64,000 bases of DNA from Clostridiales bacterium (GCA_029070965.1 JAIEBI010000058.1:14135-78134), one strand, 5' to 3'; counted from the stretch's first letter, positions 37,043-46,762 are shown. The notes: generated by a model not told the origin, from the letters alone. Numbers and translations are program-made.

Positions 37043-38080
37043 ATGGATTTAGCGGATAGAGGACTTAATCCGCAAGCGGAAGCAATTGAGGAAGCGCAAA
37101 CGGAAATACGCGTTGCGGTTCGTGACGGCTATCTTGCACGCAAATCAAAAGCCGCTATTAATACGGAGATTCAAACCATTATTAGGCGCAAGCTTAAAAG
37201 CGTGAAAAATGCGGACTTGCGCTCTGCTGCGGTGCAGTCGCTCAATGCATTTGCGGAGCGACAGTACAACACTTATTTGCGTGAGTTTGGCGCTCTGCCG
37301 ACATATATACTTTTGCTGTCCGTGCTGATAAACGACGCTCCGACAGCACCTTCATTTGAACGTGCGGCAACCGACATACAACGTTATGCGCCCGTCACAT
37401 ACGAAACAGGTGCGCACGGTGTGCCGCTGCAAGAGTATTCACGCGATTATTTCAAGCGAAATGTAGCGCCCGTGTTGGAGCGCCTTGCGAACGAGAACGC
37501 GCTCGATCCCGACGACGTAAGTGGTCGCAATAGTTTACGCAACCGTGCGGAAATGGAAGTGCGGTATGCGCGACATCTCGACGAAATTGAGGCACTACGG
37601 GCGGCGGGTATTAAGCTTGTTACGAGCTCCGTACACGCCGATTGTTCGGACCGCTGTTATGAGTGGCAAGGGCGCGTATATAGTCTTGATGGCACAAGTG
37701 GCACGACCGAGGACGGCAAGCCGTATGTGCCGATAGAAACGGCAACGGACGTGTATTACACCACGAAAGCCGGTAAGGTGTACAAGAACGGGTTGTTTGG
37801 GTTTAATTGTCGACACTATCTTGTTACATATACGCCGAACATGGTTATACCGCATGTGAGCCGCGAAACGCAAAAGAAAGAGCAGACAATTAACACGCGA
37901 CAGCGCGAGCTTGAACGACGCGTGCGCGAACAGCGCGAAAAAGCACTAATGTTCCGTGACATAGACCGCAATCGCTATTTGGTGGCGAGGCGGCGGGCGA
38001 TAGAAACCAACAAAGAATATATACAATATAGCAAAGATAATGGCAGGGCGTACTACCCGAGCCGTACAAAACTTTTATAA
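37043..38080 (+). CDS. Minor capsid protein (MuF / Phage_min_cap2-like)
   Basis: SSVHADCSDRCYEWQGRVYS..GLFGFNCRHYL. Confidence 0.82.
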   Translation: MDLADRGLNPQAEAIEEAQTEIRVAVRDGYLARKSKAAINTEIQTIIRRKLKSVKNADLRSAAVQSLNAFAERQYNTYLREFGALPTYILLLSVLINDAPTAPSFERAATDIQRYAPVTYETGAHGVPLQEYSRDYFKRNVAPVLERLANENALDPDDVSGRNSLRNRAEMEVRYARHLDEIEALRAAGIKLVTSSVHADCSDRCYEWQGRVYSLDGTSGTTEDGKPYVPIETATDVYYTTKAGKVYKNGLFGFNCRHYLVTYTPNMVIPHVSRETQKKEQTINTRQRELERRVREQREKALMFRDIDRNRYLVARRRAIETNKEYIQYSKDNGRAYYPSRTKLL

Positions 38081-38093
38081 AGGAGCAATCGTT

Positions 38094-38477
38094 ATGAAGA
38101 ACAAGACCAAACTGAACTTGCGCATACAGCGCAACAACAATCTGAACGACATCGTTTATGATGATACCGCGGGTCCGGGAAATGGGCGACATCATTACCA
38201 AGTATTCCTAAAAGGCAATGAAGATACTGTTGCGTCGCCGTTGCTTGATATTCAATTTCAAGAGGGACCGCGTAAAGACCCGCGTTCCGTATCGGGCGTA
38301 CTGGAAACCGACCTTTTGGAAATTGTGCGTCATAGACTTCAATGCTTCCAACTCGGCGAATACCACACGGATGAGAACGCTTTTGCGCTTATGCATATTG
38401 AAGAAGCACTTATGTGGCTCAATAAACGCGTAGAAGACCGTGCGGAACGTGGCGTACTCGGTACGATGAATAAGTAA
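38094..38477 (+). CDS. tad1: Tad1-family anti-Thoeris/anti-CBASS signal-sequestering protein
   Basis: GPGNGRHHY..IQFQEGPRK..GVLETDLLEIVRHRLQCFQ..ENAFALMHIEEALMWLNKRVEDRAERGVLGT closely follows the C. botulinum Tad1 sequence as I recall it. Confidence 0.85.
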   Translation: MKNKTKLNLRIQRNNNLNDIVYDDTAGPGNGRHHYQVFLKGNEDTVASPLLDIQFQEGPRKDPRSVSGVLETDLLEIVRHRLQCFQLGEYHTDENAFALMHIEEALMWLNKRVEDRAERGVLGTMNK

Positions 38478-38504
38478 GGAGCGATCATGAATAAATCCAC
38501 CAGA

Positions 38505-38530
38505 AGCCGCGACCACCCTCGCGGTTTTTT
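38505..38530 (+). terminator. Stem-loop with T-run after tad1
   Basis: AAGCCGCGA-CCACCC-TCGCGGTTTTTT. Confidence 0.6.
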
Positions 38531-38567
38531 AATGCAAAAAATTTTTGGGAGGTAACAAAGACAAATT

Positions 38568-39080
38568 ATGGCATTTCCATTTTTCAAAAAAAAGAAACAG
38601 GAGGACCAAAACGAAATGACCACACTCGAACAAGTCCATAAGGCTTATGAGGACCTTTCGGACGACGACAAAAAGAGTTTCCATCAGTCGATTGCCGACC
38701 GTATTCACGAGAGTATAGGCGAGCAGGAGCATGACGACGGAAACGAGGACAGCCAGTCGGCGGAAGCGCGCGAACACGAAGCGCTCGGCGCGGAACACGC
38801 TGACGGCAAGGGCGACGTCGCGGAGTTGCACGAAAAGGACGACAGCGCGGAAGAGAAACGCGAGGACAAGGATGACGAGGATAAGTACGGAGCCATTCTT
38901 GCACGACTGGAAGCGCTCGAAAAGCGATTTGAAGCAAACGACGACACGGATGCAAAAGCCGCCGAGGAAGCGGCAAAGGTGTACGGCGTAGGAAACGGTG
39001 TGTTCGCCGCCGCGCATAAGGATGAAGAAAAAATTACACCGAAAGAAGCGAGCGAAATCGCACGCAAATTCAAAATGTAA
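38568..39080 (+). CDS. Capsid scaffolding protein (putative)
   Basis: Highly acidic and helical, immediately before the major capsid gene. Confidence 0.65.
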   Translation: MAFPFFKKKKQEDQNEMTTLEQVHKAYEDLSDDDKKSFHQSIADRIHESIGEQEHDDGNEDSQSAEAREHEALGAEHADGKGDVAELHEKDDSAEEKREDKDDEDKYGAILARLEALEKRFEANDDTDAKAAEEAAKVYGVGNGVFAAAHKDEEKITPKEASEIARKFKM

Positions 39081-39098
39081 AGGAGATAAAAAACAATC

Positions 39099-40391
39099 AT
39101 GCCAGACAATGTTATTACCACAGGTCTTAACGACACCTCGGTGTTCTTGCAGAACGCCGCAAACCTTAAAGCTCCGTTCACGGTCAATCCGTCGAGCGGA
39201 CAATTTCCTGCACTCGGCAATATAGCGGTAAATCGCCGCCTTGCGTCGCAGTGGCAGCTCATTCACCTTGACGAGCGCATTTTCGTTGACGGCATGGGCA
39301 TTACGTCCATGAACGCCGAAAGCGAAGATGCAGCGGGCGTTCGCATCCCTATGCTCGTTCCGCCCGTGCGCAATATGCGTACGCTTGCAATCACGCCGTG
39401 CGGCAGCGGCGTAGGGCAAGGCACGCCCGGCAACGACCAAGCGTTTAACCGTAACTTGCCGCACGGTATGCAAACCAATGCCGTGGATATCTGGTTTAAT
39501 CAGGTATACGACGAGGCTGCGCAAATCTCGCGCGATCAAGCCAAGATGATAGGTAACAACCTTGACATCCTCGGACAGTTCACGGCCACGATTCCGCAGG
39601 TCACGGCACAGCTCATGGACGCGGAAATCATGGCGACACAAATTGCATCGGCGCTCTCGGTGCTTGGCAACAACGGATTGTACTACAATCCCGCGACCGA
39701 TACCGACGGCTATATGCAGTCGATAATGAACAGCCTCGGCACTTCATTGTCGAACGTAAAGAACGGCTATGTCGAGGGCATTGTATCGTATCCAGTTGAA
39801 AAGAGCGTGTACGTGCTACGTTACCGCGCATTTAACAAGCTCATGACAATCAAGAACGGCGCCATCGTCAACAGCGATATCGGTCAAAAGATTTTGCTGA
39901 ATGGCAAGTTCGACGATACCGGTTCGCGCTACCTCGGCGGGGCTATTCGCGGCTCGTACGGCGGCATTCTTATCAAGGTCGTTCCCGACGCATACTGGGA
40001 TTTGGCGGCGGCATTGCTCAATCTTACGGCTGAACAAAAAGCGCAGTTCGACAAGATTGACGGCTACATTGCCAACGGTCTCGGTACATACTTCGGTCGC
40101 GCCGCAGTCGCAACCGATGTGGATAAGTCGCCGACAACGTCTATGGGCTACATCGTACGTAATGATTGGCGCTGGGGTACGGTTGTTGCGCGTCGCTCGT
40201 CCATACAGCTACTTATCAGCTCGGCGAACAATGGCACCGACTTCACCAACCCCGTCACGGACTTCAAGGGCGTTATCGCACCGTCCGACGTCGAGGCGGT
40301 GCTTTCGACGTACAACGGCGGCACAGATACGACCGTGCAGCGTATCGAAGTCACGGGCAAGACTACGACGGACGATACCCCGACGAAATAA
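39099..40391 (+). CDS. Major capsid protein (putative)
   Basis: 430 aa, strong RBS AAGGAGA, GC-rich third positions, position in the head module. Confidence 0.72.
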   Translation: MPDNVITTGLNDTSVFLQNAANLKAPFTVNPSSGQFPALGNIAVNRRLASQWQLIHLDERIFVDGMGITSMNAESEDAAGVRIPMLVPPVRNMRTLAITPCGSGVGQGTPGNDQAFNRNLPHGMQTNAVDIWFNQVYDEAAQISRDQAKMIGNNLDILGQFTATIPQVTAQLMDAEIMATQIASALSVLGNNGLYYNPATDTDGYMQSIMNSLGTSLSNVKNGYVEGIVSYPVEKSVYVLRYRAFNKLMTIKNGAIVNSDIGQKILLNGKFDDTGSRYLGGAIRGSYGGILIKVVPDAYWDLAAALLNLTAEQKAQFDKIDGYIANGLGTYFGRAAVATDVDKSPTTSMGYIVRNDWRWGTVVARRSSIQLLISSANNGTDFTNPVTDFKGVIAPSDVEAVLSTYNGGTDTTVQRIEVTGKTTTDDTPTK

Positions 40392-40515
40392 GTCATTTGA
40401 ACTCAAGTTCAATAACACAACAAGGCAAAAGGCGAGGCTTTAATAGCTCCGCCTTTTCTATGCCGTCAAGAGTAAAGCCGTGCAACTCGGCAGACGGTAG
40501 CATTAGGAGTTAATC

Positions 40516-41043
40516 ATGAACGAACAACAAACATATCCCAAGTTTCCGTACGACGACCAAGTCATGCGCTACGATTACAATGCGCACCGTTACGTATTGA
40601 CGGAGCATGGCGTATTGACCGAGCTCGGCGAGAACTTGAACCTTATACTTAACGCCACGGCCGATGCGAACCCGAGTACGCTGGCGGAGCGCATTTTAAA
40701 GCGTGTGTCGCAAACGGTGTACATGTATTTGTACCGCGACACGGCGAACGAGCAGTGGCTTGAATACATACTCGCAAAGCACCCGCCGCTGCGTGAGCGT
40801 ATAAAAGAAATGTTGCAGGCGCAGCTTTTGTATATGCTTATGAACGGTGATTTGGGGCTGTATTCGGGCGTGAACGTGGCGAAAGGTCAAATCATGGACA
40901 TAGACAAATTGCGCGACCGCGCGCGCATAGCGCCCGAGGTAGAGGACTTGGCATTGCAAACTATCCCTGAGCTCGGATATTGCCTTAAATACGCGGGGTT
41001 TTTGCCGCCCGTGTCGTGCGAGCTGTATAGAGTGGGGTACTGA
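40516..41043 (+). CDS. Head-tail adaptor (putative)
   Basis: Synteny only. Confidence 0.55.
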   Translation: MNEQQTYPKFPYDDQVMRYDYNAHRYVLTEHGVLTELGENLNLILNATADANPSTLAERILKRVSQTVYMYLYRDTANEQWLEYILAKHPPLRERIKEMLQAQLLYMLMNGDLGLYSGVNVAKGQIMDIDKLRDRARIAPEVEDLALQTIPELGYCLKYAGFLPPVSCELYRVGY

Positions 41044-41044
41044 T

Positions 41045-41401
41045 ATGTTGAACGCGCTTAAAGGACTGGGACACAGTCAATTCGAGATTGCGCGCTGGGC
41101 GCCCAAAGAATACGGCAGGTACAAGTTTATCCGCGTCGAGCTTGTGAGCGAAAACGAGAAGCGGTGGAGCACCGTCATTCAAAACCTTATAACGGTCGCC
41201 GACAGCACCGTCATACGCACGGCAACGGTCTACGATTACGCGCCGCGCCAGCACGTTATGTTTCGCAACAAATGGTACGAGATACGCGCTGTGACGGAAA
41301 TAACGCAGGACATCGCGCCGCAGTCTCTCGCGCTGGTGAGCGGCGGCAATCGGCAGTTTATTATGGAGCTTGTCGAGGTAAACGGATATGCGGCCGTTTG
41401 A
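41045..41401 (+). CDS. Head-closure protein (putative)
   Basis: Beta-rich 118 aa with HVMFRNKWYEIRAV; synteny. Confidence 0.55.
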   Translation: MLNALKGLGHSQFEIARWAPKEYGRYKFIRVELVSENEKRWSTVIQNLITVADSTVIRTATVYDYAPRQHVMFRNKWYEIRAVTEITQDIAPQSLALVSGGNRQFIMELVEVNGYAAV

Positions 41402-41675
41402 GTTCTATACTTTGTGTAGAGAGTGTCAAGAAATCTTGAAAGCCGCCGCACCGTATAAGACAGGCAATTTGCGATATAACGCGATCAAGTTCGAAATAAC
41501 CGGCGATACATGCCGTCTATACGTAGACGAAAAAATAGCGCCGTATATGAAGTACACCAATGAGCCGTGGACAAATGGCATGAAAAACCCGAACGAGGGG
41601 TGGTTTGACCGCGCCGCTAAAAAGATCGCGCAGCACATAGCCGAACGAACAAGAGGAGATTTACATAATGCTTAA
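41388..41675 (+). CDS. HK97 gp10-like neck protein (putative)
   Basis: APYKTGNLR..APYMKYTNE. Confidence 0.6.
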   Translation: MRPFEFYTLCRECQEILKAAAPYKTGNLRYNAIKFEITGDTCRLYVDEKIAPYMKYTNEPWTNGMKNPNEGWFDRAAKKIAQHIAERTRGDLHNA

Positions 41676-42516
41676 GATATCCGACTTTGCAAACGAGATA
41701 CAAAAAGGGCTTAACCAAAACGCATACGGACTGAACTTCGCCATATTCTCGGACGAGGGGACGTATAAAGACGCGTTAATCTCGCGTACCGCCAAGACGC
41801 GGTACACTAACGGCTTGTTGCGCGTTGGCGCGTCTACGATAGTACCGACGCAAGGACTTACGGTTGCCACGCAAACCGCCGCGCTTGAAATATGCGTACC
41901 GTTGTTCAATCCCGACACGGACGAAGCCGTGATACAAAACCACCGTGCTGCGCTTGACGCGTATTTTCAGCAGTACCGTGTAGACTCGATGAAGGAGTAC
42001 GACGAAAACGACAATGTGGTCAAGGTATATACCGTCAGTTCTTTATCTTCGCTTGCCAACACGGGGGACGTAGATGTGCGCGACGGCGTTGGGACAAGCA
42101 TTACGTTTTACGTGAATATAGAGTTTGCGTACATACAAAACGGATTGAATTCGGCTAACTGCACGTTTACGCTTGACGGCTTCACTATTCCGTACACAGC
42201 GGCAAAAATAACAAAATCGCCCACTGCACAAACGGACGCATTCAGCGACAGTAACGGCAGGGGCGAGAGCGTAAACACATCGTTTGTACGCAGCTTTGAT
42301 TTCCAGCTCCCTGCGCAATCGGGTGCGGACAATCTTGCCAGTCTGATAATCAGCGAGCTGCTGGGCGTTGGACTTAATACGCCGCATACGCTTGTTGTTA
42401 CGATTGGTGATGACGATTCCAAAACCTACAACGTGGTATTCGGGCAAACGGATATTTCGTTAGAGGGCATTAACAACGCAGGGCATAACATTTCACTGAT
42501 TGAGAGGCCGTTCTAA
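41668..42516 (+). CDS. Tail structural protein (terminator and/or tube-like)
   Basis: Beta-rich 282 aa; synteny only. Confidence 0.5.
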   Translation: MLKISDFANEIQKGLNQNAYGLNFAIFSDEGTYKDALISRTAKTRYTNGLLRVGASTIVPTQGLTVATQTAALEICVPLFNPDTDEAVIQNHRAALDAYFQQYRVDSMKEYDENDNVVKVYTVSSLSSLANTGDVDVRDGVGTSITFYVNIEFAYIQNGLNSANCTFTLDGFTIPYTAAKITKSPTAQTDAFSDSNGRGESVNTSFVRSFDFQLPAQSGADNLASLIISELLGVGLNTPHTLVVTIGDDDSKTYNVVFGQTDISLEGINNAGHNISLIERPF

Positions 42517-43046
42517 TGGATTACGAGATAGTAATACGCAATGACACCGCCGACGCTCGCAAGTCGCCGATAGCGGGTAGTGGTACCGCCGCAAGCGATA
42601 CTACGAGCAATGGCGGTGGCGGCGGTGATGGCTTGTCGCTACGTCAAGGTGCAGCGAAGGGCTTAGTGGCTGTTAATCACTACATAAAGCCGTTTGTCGA
42701 CCAAATGGCTACGCAATACGTTACGACGGTGCAATTGCGTACGGGGTCGCAGGAGCTTGAGGAACGTATGTCCTTTAAAATGAATGTCACTCAAAAAGTG
42801 GTTAGCTTTGGGTCATCTATGTTAACGGGCGCATTAATGGGTAGTGCCGGCGGTCCTGTCGGCGCGGTTGTAGGCGCTGTAGCAGGCGCTGTTATGCGCT
42901 TAGCAACGATGGCAGTCGATTATTCCAATAAGCAGGAAAAACTCAACCTGCAGCGCAGTGTGGAAAATGTCGGACTGCGGTATATGAACGCCCGCGCGGG
43001 CGGTTCGGTCGCGTCGTTCAGCGGCAGTCGGTTGAAAAATCAGTAA
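42516..43046 (+). CDS. Short tape-measure-like protein
   Basis: 176 aa with TMP-type glycine zipper GALMGSAGGPVGAVVGAVAGAV; position before the baseplate gene. Confidence 0.5.
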   Translation: MDYEIVIRNDTADARKSPIAGSGTAASDTTSNGGGGGDGLSLRQGAAKGLVAVNHYIKPFVDQMATQYVTTVQLRTGSQELEERMSFKMNVTQKVVSFGSSMLTGALMGSAGGPVGAVVGAVAGAVMRLATMAVDYSNKQEKLNLQRSVENVGLRYMNARAGGSVASFSGSRLKNQ

Positions 43047-43061
43047 AAGGAAAAGGACGAT

Positions 43062-43526
43062 TTACTCGTCCTTTTTTAATTCATCTAATTCGGCTTGGAG
43101 CTTCTCGATGCGCTCTTGCTTGGCTGTTGCGGCTTGTTCGGCTTTGGCGGCGGCACGTTCGGCTTTGCGTTGAGCGCGTTGTTCCTTGCTCGGCGCAAGT
43201 TTAGCCGTCAGTTTGTCGACAAGCGGTTTAAAGCAGGGGAAATTAAATAATGCGATAGTCACCATAATAACGACGTCAGCGAGCATTGCGAGGATATCGA
43301 ATATTCCGTAGGTGCGATATAGCGCAATACTCGCATTAGTTTTTTGTACCATATCGGCAAATCCGCGGTCATGTCCATATTGCTCCAACATCTCTCGCGC
43401 CATTTTCTTGTAATATTCGAGATCAGGCAATAAAGGCTCGATGCTTTGCCAATGTTGAACGGCAACGGCAATCAAAACTGCGAGAATAAACAGCAATAAA
43501 ACTTCAATAACAATAGCTTTTTTCAT
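43062..43526 (-). CDS. Antisense moron: two-TM protein with C-terminal coiled coil
   Basis: Own promoter TTGACA-17-TAAAAT (43564-43536, minus strand) and stem-loop AAAAGGACGA/TCGTCCTTTT near 43053-43077. Confidence 0.8.
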   Translation of the reverse strand: MKKAIVIEVLLLFILAVLIAVAVQHWQSIEPLLPDLEYYKKMAREMLEQYGHDRGFADMVQKTNASIALYRTYGIFDILAMLADVVIMVTIALFNFPCFKPLVDKLTAKLAPSKEQRAQRKAERAAAKAEQAATAKQERIEKLQAELDELKKDE

Positions 43527-43576
43527 GATACCGTAATTTTAACAAAATATTTTTTATTTGTCAAGGAGGACAAATC

Positions 43577-46474
43577 ATGCAATTTGAAATTTTAATTGAC
43601 GGCAAAAACACACGAGTTGCGTTGCCCATAAAGTGGAACGCACTACTCGACGAGAGACTCGATGAAAGCCGTTTGTCGTTACGGCATGAACAAACAAAGC
43701 TATACCGTATAGGCGCGCCTGTTTCCATAAAAGTAAACGACACGCAAAAAGATTTTATTATATCTGCTGACGAAAGTACGGAGGTGCCGGCAGGCAGTGG
43801 TTTTTACAACCACGAGTTGTCTCTTATAGAGCCGACAAAACTGCTTGAGGGTATAATTGTAGAAAGTCTTACGTTTACAAATAATTTGGGGCGTACGTAT
43901 ACATTTAATCCTGTTAAGGTACAACGAGAAACTATTGCCAATAACGGTGAAAATTTTAAGGATACAAGTAATTATGTATCGCCTATGTTGTCCGGTACGA
44001 CTTTAACCGCCGCTCCTTTTTCGGATGTATTTTTTTATGACATAGGTAAAATATATTGGGAGGAGTCTTCACGAACAAATATAACTGTTACTTCACCGAC
44101 TGGGGAGGAATTTGTTTTAAAGTGTACGGATTTTAATGATTTATTTAAACCGTTAATAGTGGAAAATATTATGTCGGGAGTGTACACAATCCGATACTCG
44201 TGGGATAAAGGTCACTATGTATATCAGTTTTCTATTACCGCCGTTCCCAATTACAAGCCGCTCCCCAAATGGAATATCTGCAGCGTAATCAACCGCGTGC
44301 TAAACCTCGCGGAGCCGCACCTGCAAAGTGTAACGCCGCGCTATAAGCTTGATACTAAAAAACCGATTATAGGCTGGTCACAAGATGGAGACCCGATTAT
44401 GGGTTTGTCGCAAGCGGAAGAGTTTGAAAAAATACTTGCGCCCGAATTTGCGTTCACTAAATGCACGCTCAAAGAGATACTCGACCAAATAGGCGGCTTT
44501 ATTCACGGCATACCGCGCCTTATACGCGGCGATAGCGGCGAGTTTGACACAATTCACTACGATATGCTTAACGGCACGGACGAGGCGCTTATATCGTCGC
44601 AAAACGTGCGCTACATATCGGAAATTCATTCGCAAAACATAGAGGACTATGTGACTGAGCTGGACAGCACGGTGGACAACCTTGTCAATACGCTCAATAG
44701 TGGCGAGGGCGCTGTCACCGAGCCGTACGCGGGCGGGTTTAAGTCGGTACGCAGCGAGGAAGCGTATGTGCGTATCGAAGAAGGTAACATGGTAATATCC
44801 ACCACGTTGCCTATCTATTCGGTGCAAAAACTCGAAGTGATAGTGCCGAATAACAAAGGGGATATAACGGGCTATGTGTTCGAAGGCGCGGAGTACGGCC
44901 AGCTTTCATCATTCGACGGCAACTATCCCACCAGCAAAGCGTTTGCGCTGTATTACAATCTCGGCGAAAAGAATATAAAGGGGCTTAATTACAAATCGCC
45001 TAAGGTAATACAAGAAAAAGACGGTACATACACCATTACCAATATAATTAAGAAAGTAACGGGCGCAAACATCGAGGGTAATTATCTTAAACTTGCATTT
45101 CGTATAACGTACACGCCGATATTCTCGGCGCGCATCTTGCAGCACAAGCCGTATTTTAAGCCAATCGCGCGCCGCACGTTAAAACGCGCACTCGTGTACA
45201 ATCAGAGCGCTAATCTTGTAGAAACGCGGTACTACGGCGAGAATATGCGTGGAGCGATCGCGCGCATGGGTAATTCTGAATTCACGCGCACTTATCGTAT
45301 GCCAGACCTCACGTACGTGCCCAAAATCGGGCAAATCTTTAAGTACGACGGCGATGATTACTACATAAGCTCGGTTACGGTGGCGGTATATCCCGAAAGC
45401 GTGGACTTTACTGTTGGCATGAGTAAAGACTTTAACCGTCTAAGCCAGTACATAGGCATCAATAGCGAATGGCGTGCGTACGAGGTCAGCGAGCGCAAGG
45501 CATACAATCGCGATATGGTTTACCGCGATTTTTGTATAATAGGCAATGTTTACGTTGTTTCCTCCAATGACGCTACACAATTAACAACTACACGCGGATT
45601 GTCGTATATTGCTAATACGTTTTCACACTCTATAGAAGGTTCTTATGGGGAATCCTGTTCCAAACCGCTCACTTTAGCGAAAGTTGTTACTTACGACGAA
45701 CAGAACCACCCGTACACAGTCACACTACCGGTCGTATCTACGGCATTTGGCAATGCTATGGTGTTCTCATTTGGTATGGCTGATAATTTCTCGGCAGGGG
45801 CCAAGAGCGAGCTGCAAAAGGAGAATAACAAAATTACAGGTTATTGGCAAACAGACGTACCATATGTGGATTATTACGGGCGTGTAAATAGCATGGAGTT
45901 TTCGCTCGATTCGAAGGGCGTCACGCTTAAATACGATGATCAGGCTACGTTTGATTTACCGCAAGGTGATGAATCTGTCCAATCCGATGCGGCAATAAGT
46001 ATTTCGCATAATAACAGGCTGGTAATCGATAAAAATGGCAGTGAAATATTGCGCTTAAACTATCAGCTCGAATTTGTGAGCGATTGGAAAGATTTGATTA
46101 TTGGGGCGGCAATGGCGCGGAATTGCCTTATGGTGAGCACGCGCGAAACCGACAAGAATGGCAACGCTATACATGCGGCGGCGGTATATGTAGTCAATAA
46201 AAAAGTTGGGCGCTTTGATTCAGCGATAGACTTGTCTACGGCTACGCTCATATACGACTACCGCAACAATGTGCCGCAAATTGTACCCAAGGACAGGCCG
46301 CCGTTTATTGGTCCCTACATTGAACTTGGGGATGTTACGTCTACTGTTGCGGGCGTGGCTTGGGTTATCGCCGACCAGTCAAATGGGGACATATTGCTCG
46401 CACAAAACATGGATATAGCGGCAGGCGATACAATCAATTTGCCGCACATTTCACTTGTACACAATCTACCTTAA
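43577..46474 (+). CDS. Large tail/baseplate protein
   Basis: 965 aa, RBS AAGGAGG, position between the TMP-like and fibre genes. Confidence 0.7.
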   Translation: MQFEILIDGKNTRVALPIKWNALLDERLDESRLSLRHEQTKLYRIGAPVSIKVNDTQKDFIISADESTEVPAGSGFYNHELSLIEPTKLLEGIIVESLTFTNNLGRTYTFNPVKVQRETIANNGENFKDTSNYVSPMLSGTTLTAAPFSDVFFYDIGKIYWEESSRTNITVTSPTGEEFVLKCTDFNDLFKPLIVENIMSGVYTIRYSWDKGHYVYQFSITAVPNYKPLPKWNICSVINRVLNLAEPHLQSVTPRYKLDTKKPIIGWSQDGDPIMGLSQAEEFEKILAPEFAFTKCTLKEILDQIGGFIHGIPRLIRGDSGEFDTIHYDMLNGTDEALISSQNVRYISEIHSQNIEDYVTELDSTVDNLVNTLNSGEGAVTEPYAGGFKSVRSEEAYVRIEEGNMVISTTLPIYSVQKLEVIVPNNKGDITGYVFEGAEYGQLSSFDGNYPTSKAFALYYNLGEKNIKGLNYKSPKVIQEKDGTYTITNIIKKVTGANIEGNYLKLAFRITYTPIFSARILQHKPYFKPIARRTLKRALVYNQSANLVETRYYGENMRGAIARMGNSEFTRTYRMPDLTYVPKIGQIFKYDGDDYYISSVTVAVYPESVDFTVGMSKDFNRLSQYIGINSEWRAYEVSERKAYNRDMVYRDFCIIGNVYVVSSNDATQLTTTRGLSYIANTFSHSIEGSYGESCSKPLTLAKVVTYDEQNHPYTVTLPVVSTAFGNAMVFSFGMADNFSAGAKSELQKENNKITGYWQTDVPYVDYYGRVNSMEFSLDSKGVTLKYDDQATFDLPQGDESVQSDAAISISHNNRLVIDKNGSEILRLNYQLEFVSDWKDLIIGAAMARNCLMVSTRETDKNGNAIHAAAVYVVNKKVGRFDSAIDLSTATLIYDYRNNVPQIVPKDRPPFIGPYIELGDVTSTVAGVAWVIADQSNGDILLAQNMDIAAGDTINLPHISLVHNLP

Positions 46475-46486
46475 AAGGAGTAACAC

Positions 46487-46762
46487 ATGGATAATAAGAC
46501 AGTCAAAAACTACAAAGTAGCAATCGACGCAATTCGCGGCGCGCGCGACGAATGCGAAACTATCGCGCAGTATCTTGAACGGCTGGACGAGAGCTACGCG
46601 GTATCGCCCAATGACGCCGCAATAGCGGAGCCGCAGTACATGAACATAATCAAAGACGAAATGAACCACTGTTTGCGGTTCATTTTTAATATTGTCGTTC
46701 CTATAACGGGCATTGAGCCTGACATGGACGGCTTGGAGGGCGACGATGGTAATCTTTCTTAA
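46487..46762 (+). CDS. Small ferritin-like (ExxH) protein
   Basis: RDECETIAQY...IIKDEMNH helix-pair motif; RBS AAGGAG. Confidence 0.55.
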   Translation: MDNKTVKNYKVAIDAIRGARDECETIAQYLERLDESYAVSPNDAAIAEPQYMNIIKDEMNHCLRFIFNIVVPITGIEPDMDGLEGDDGNLS

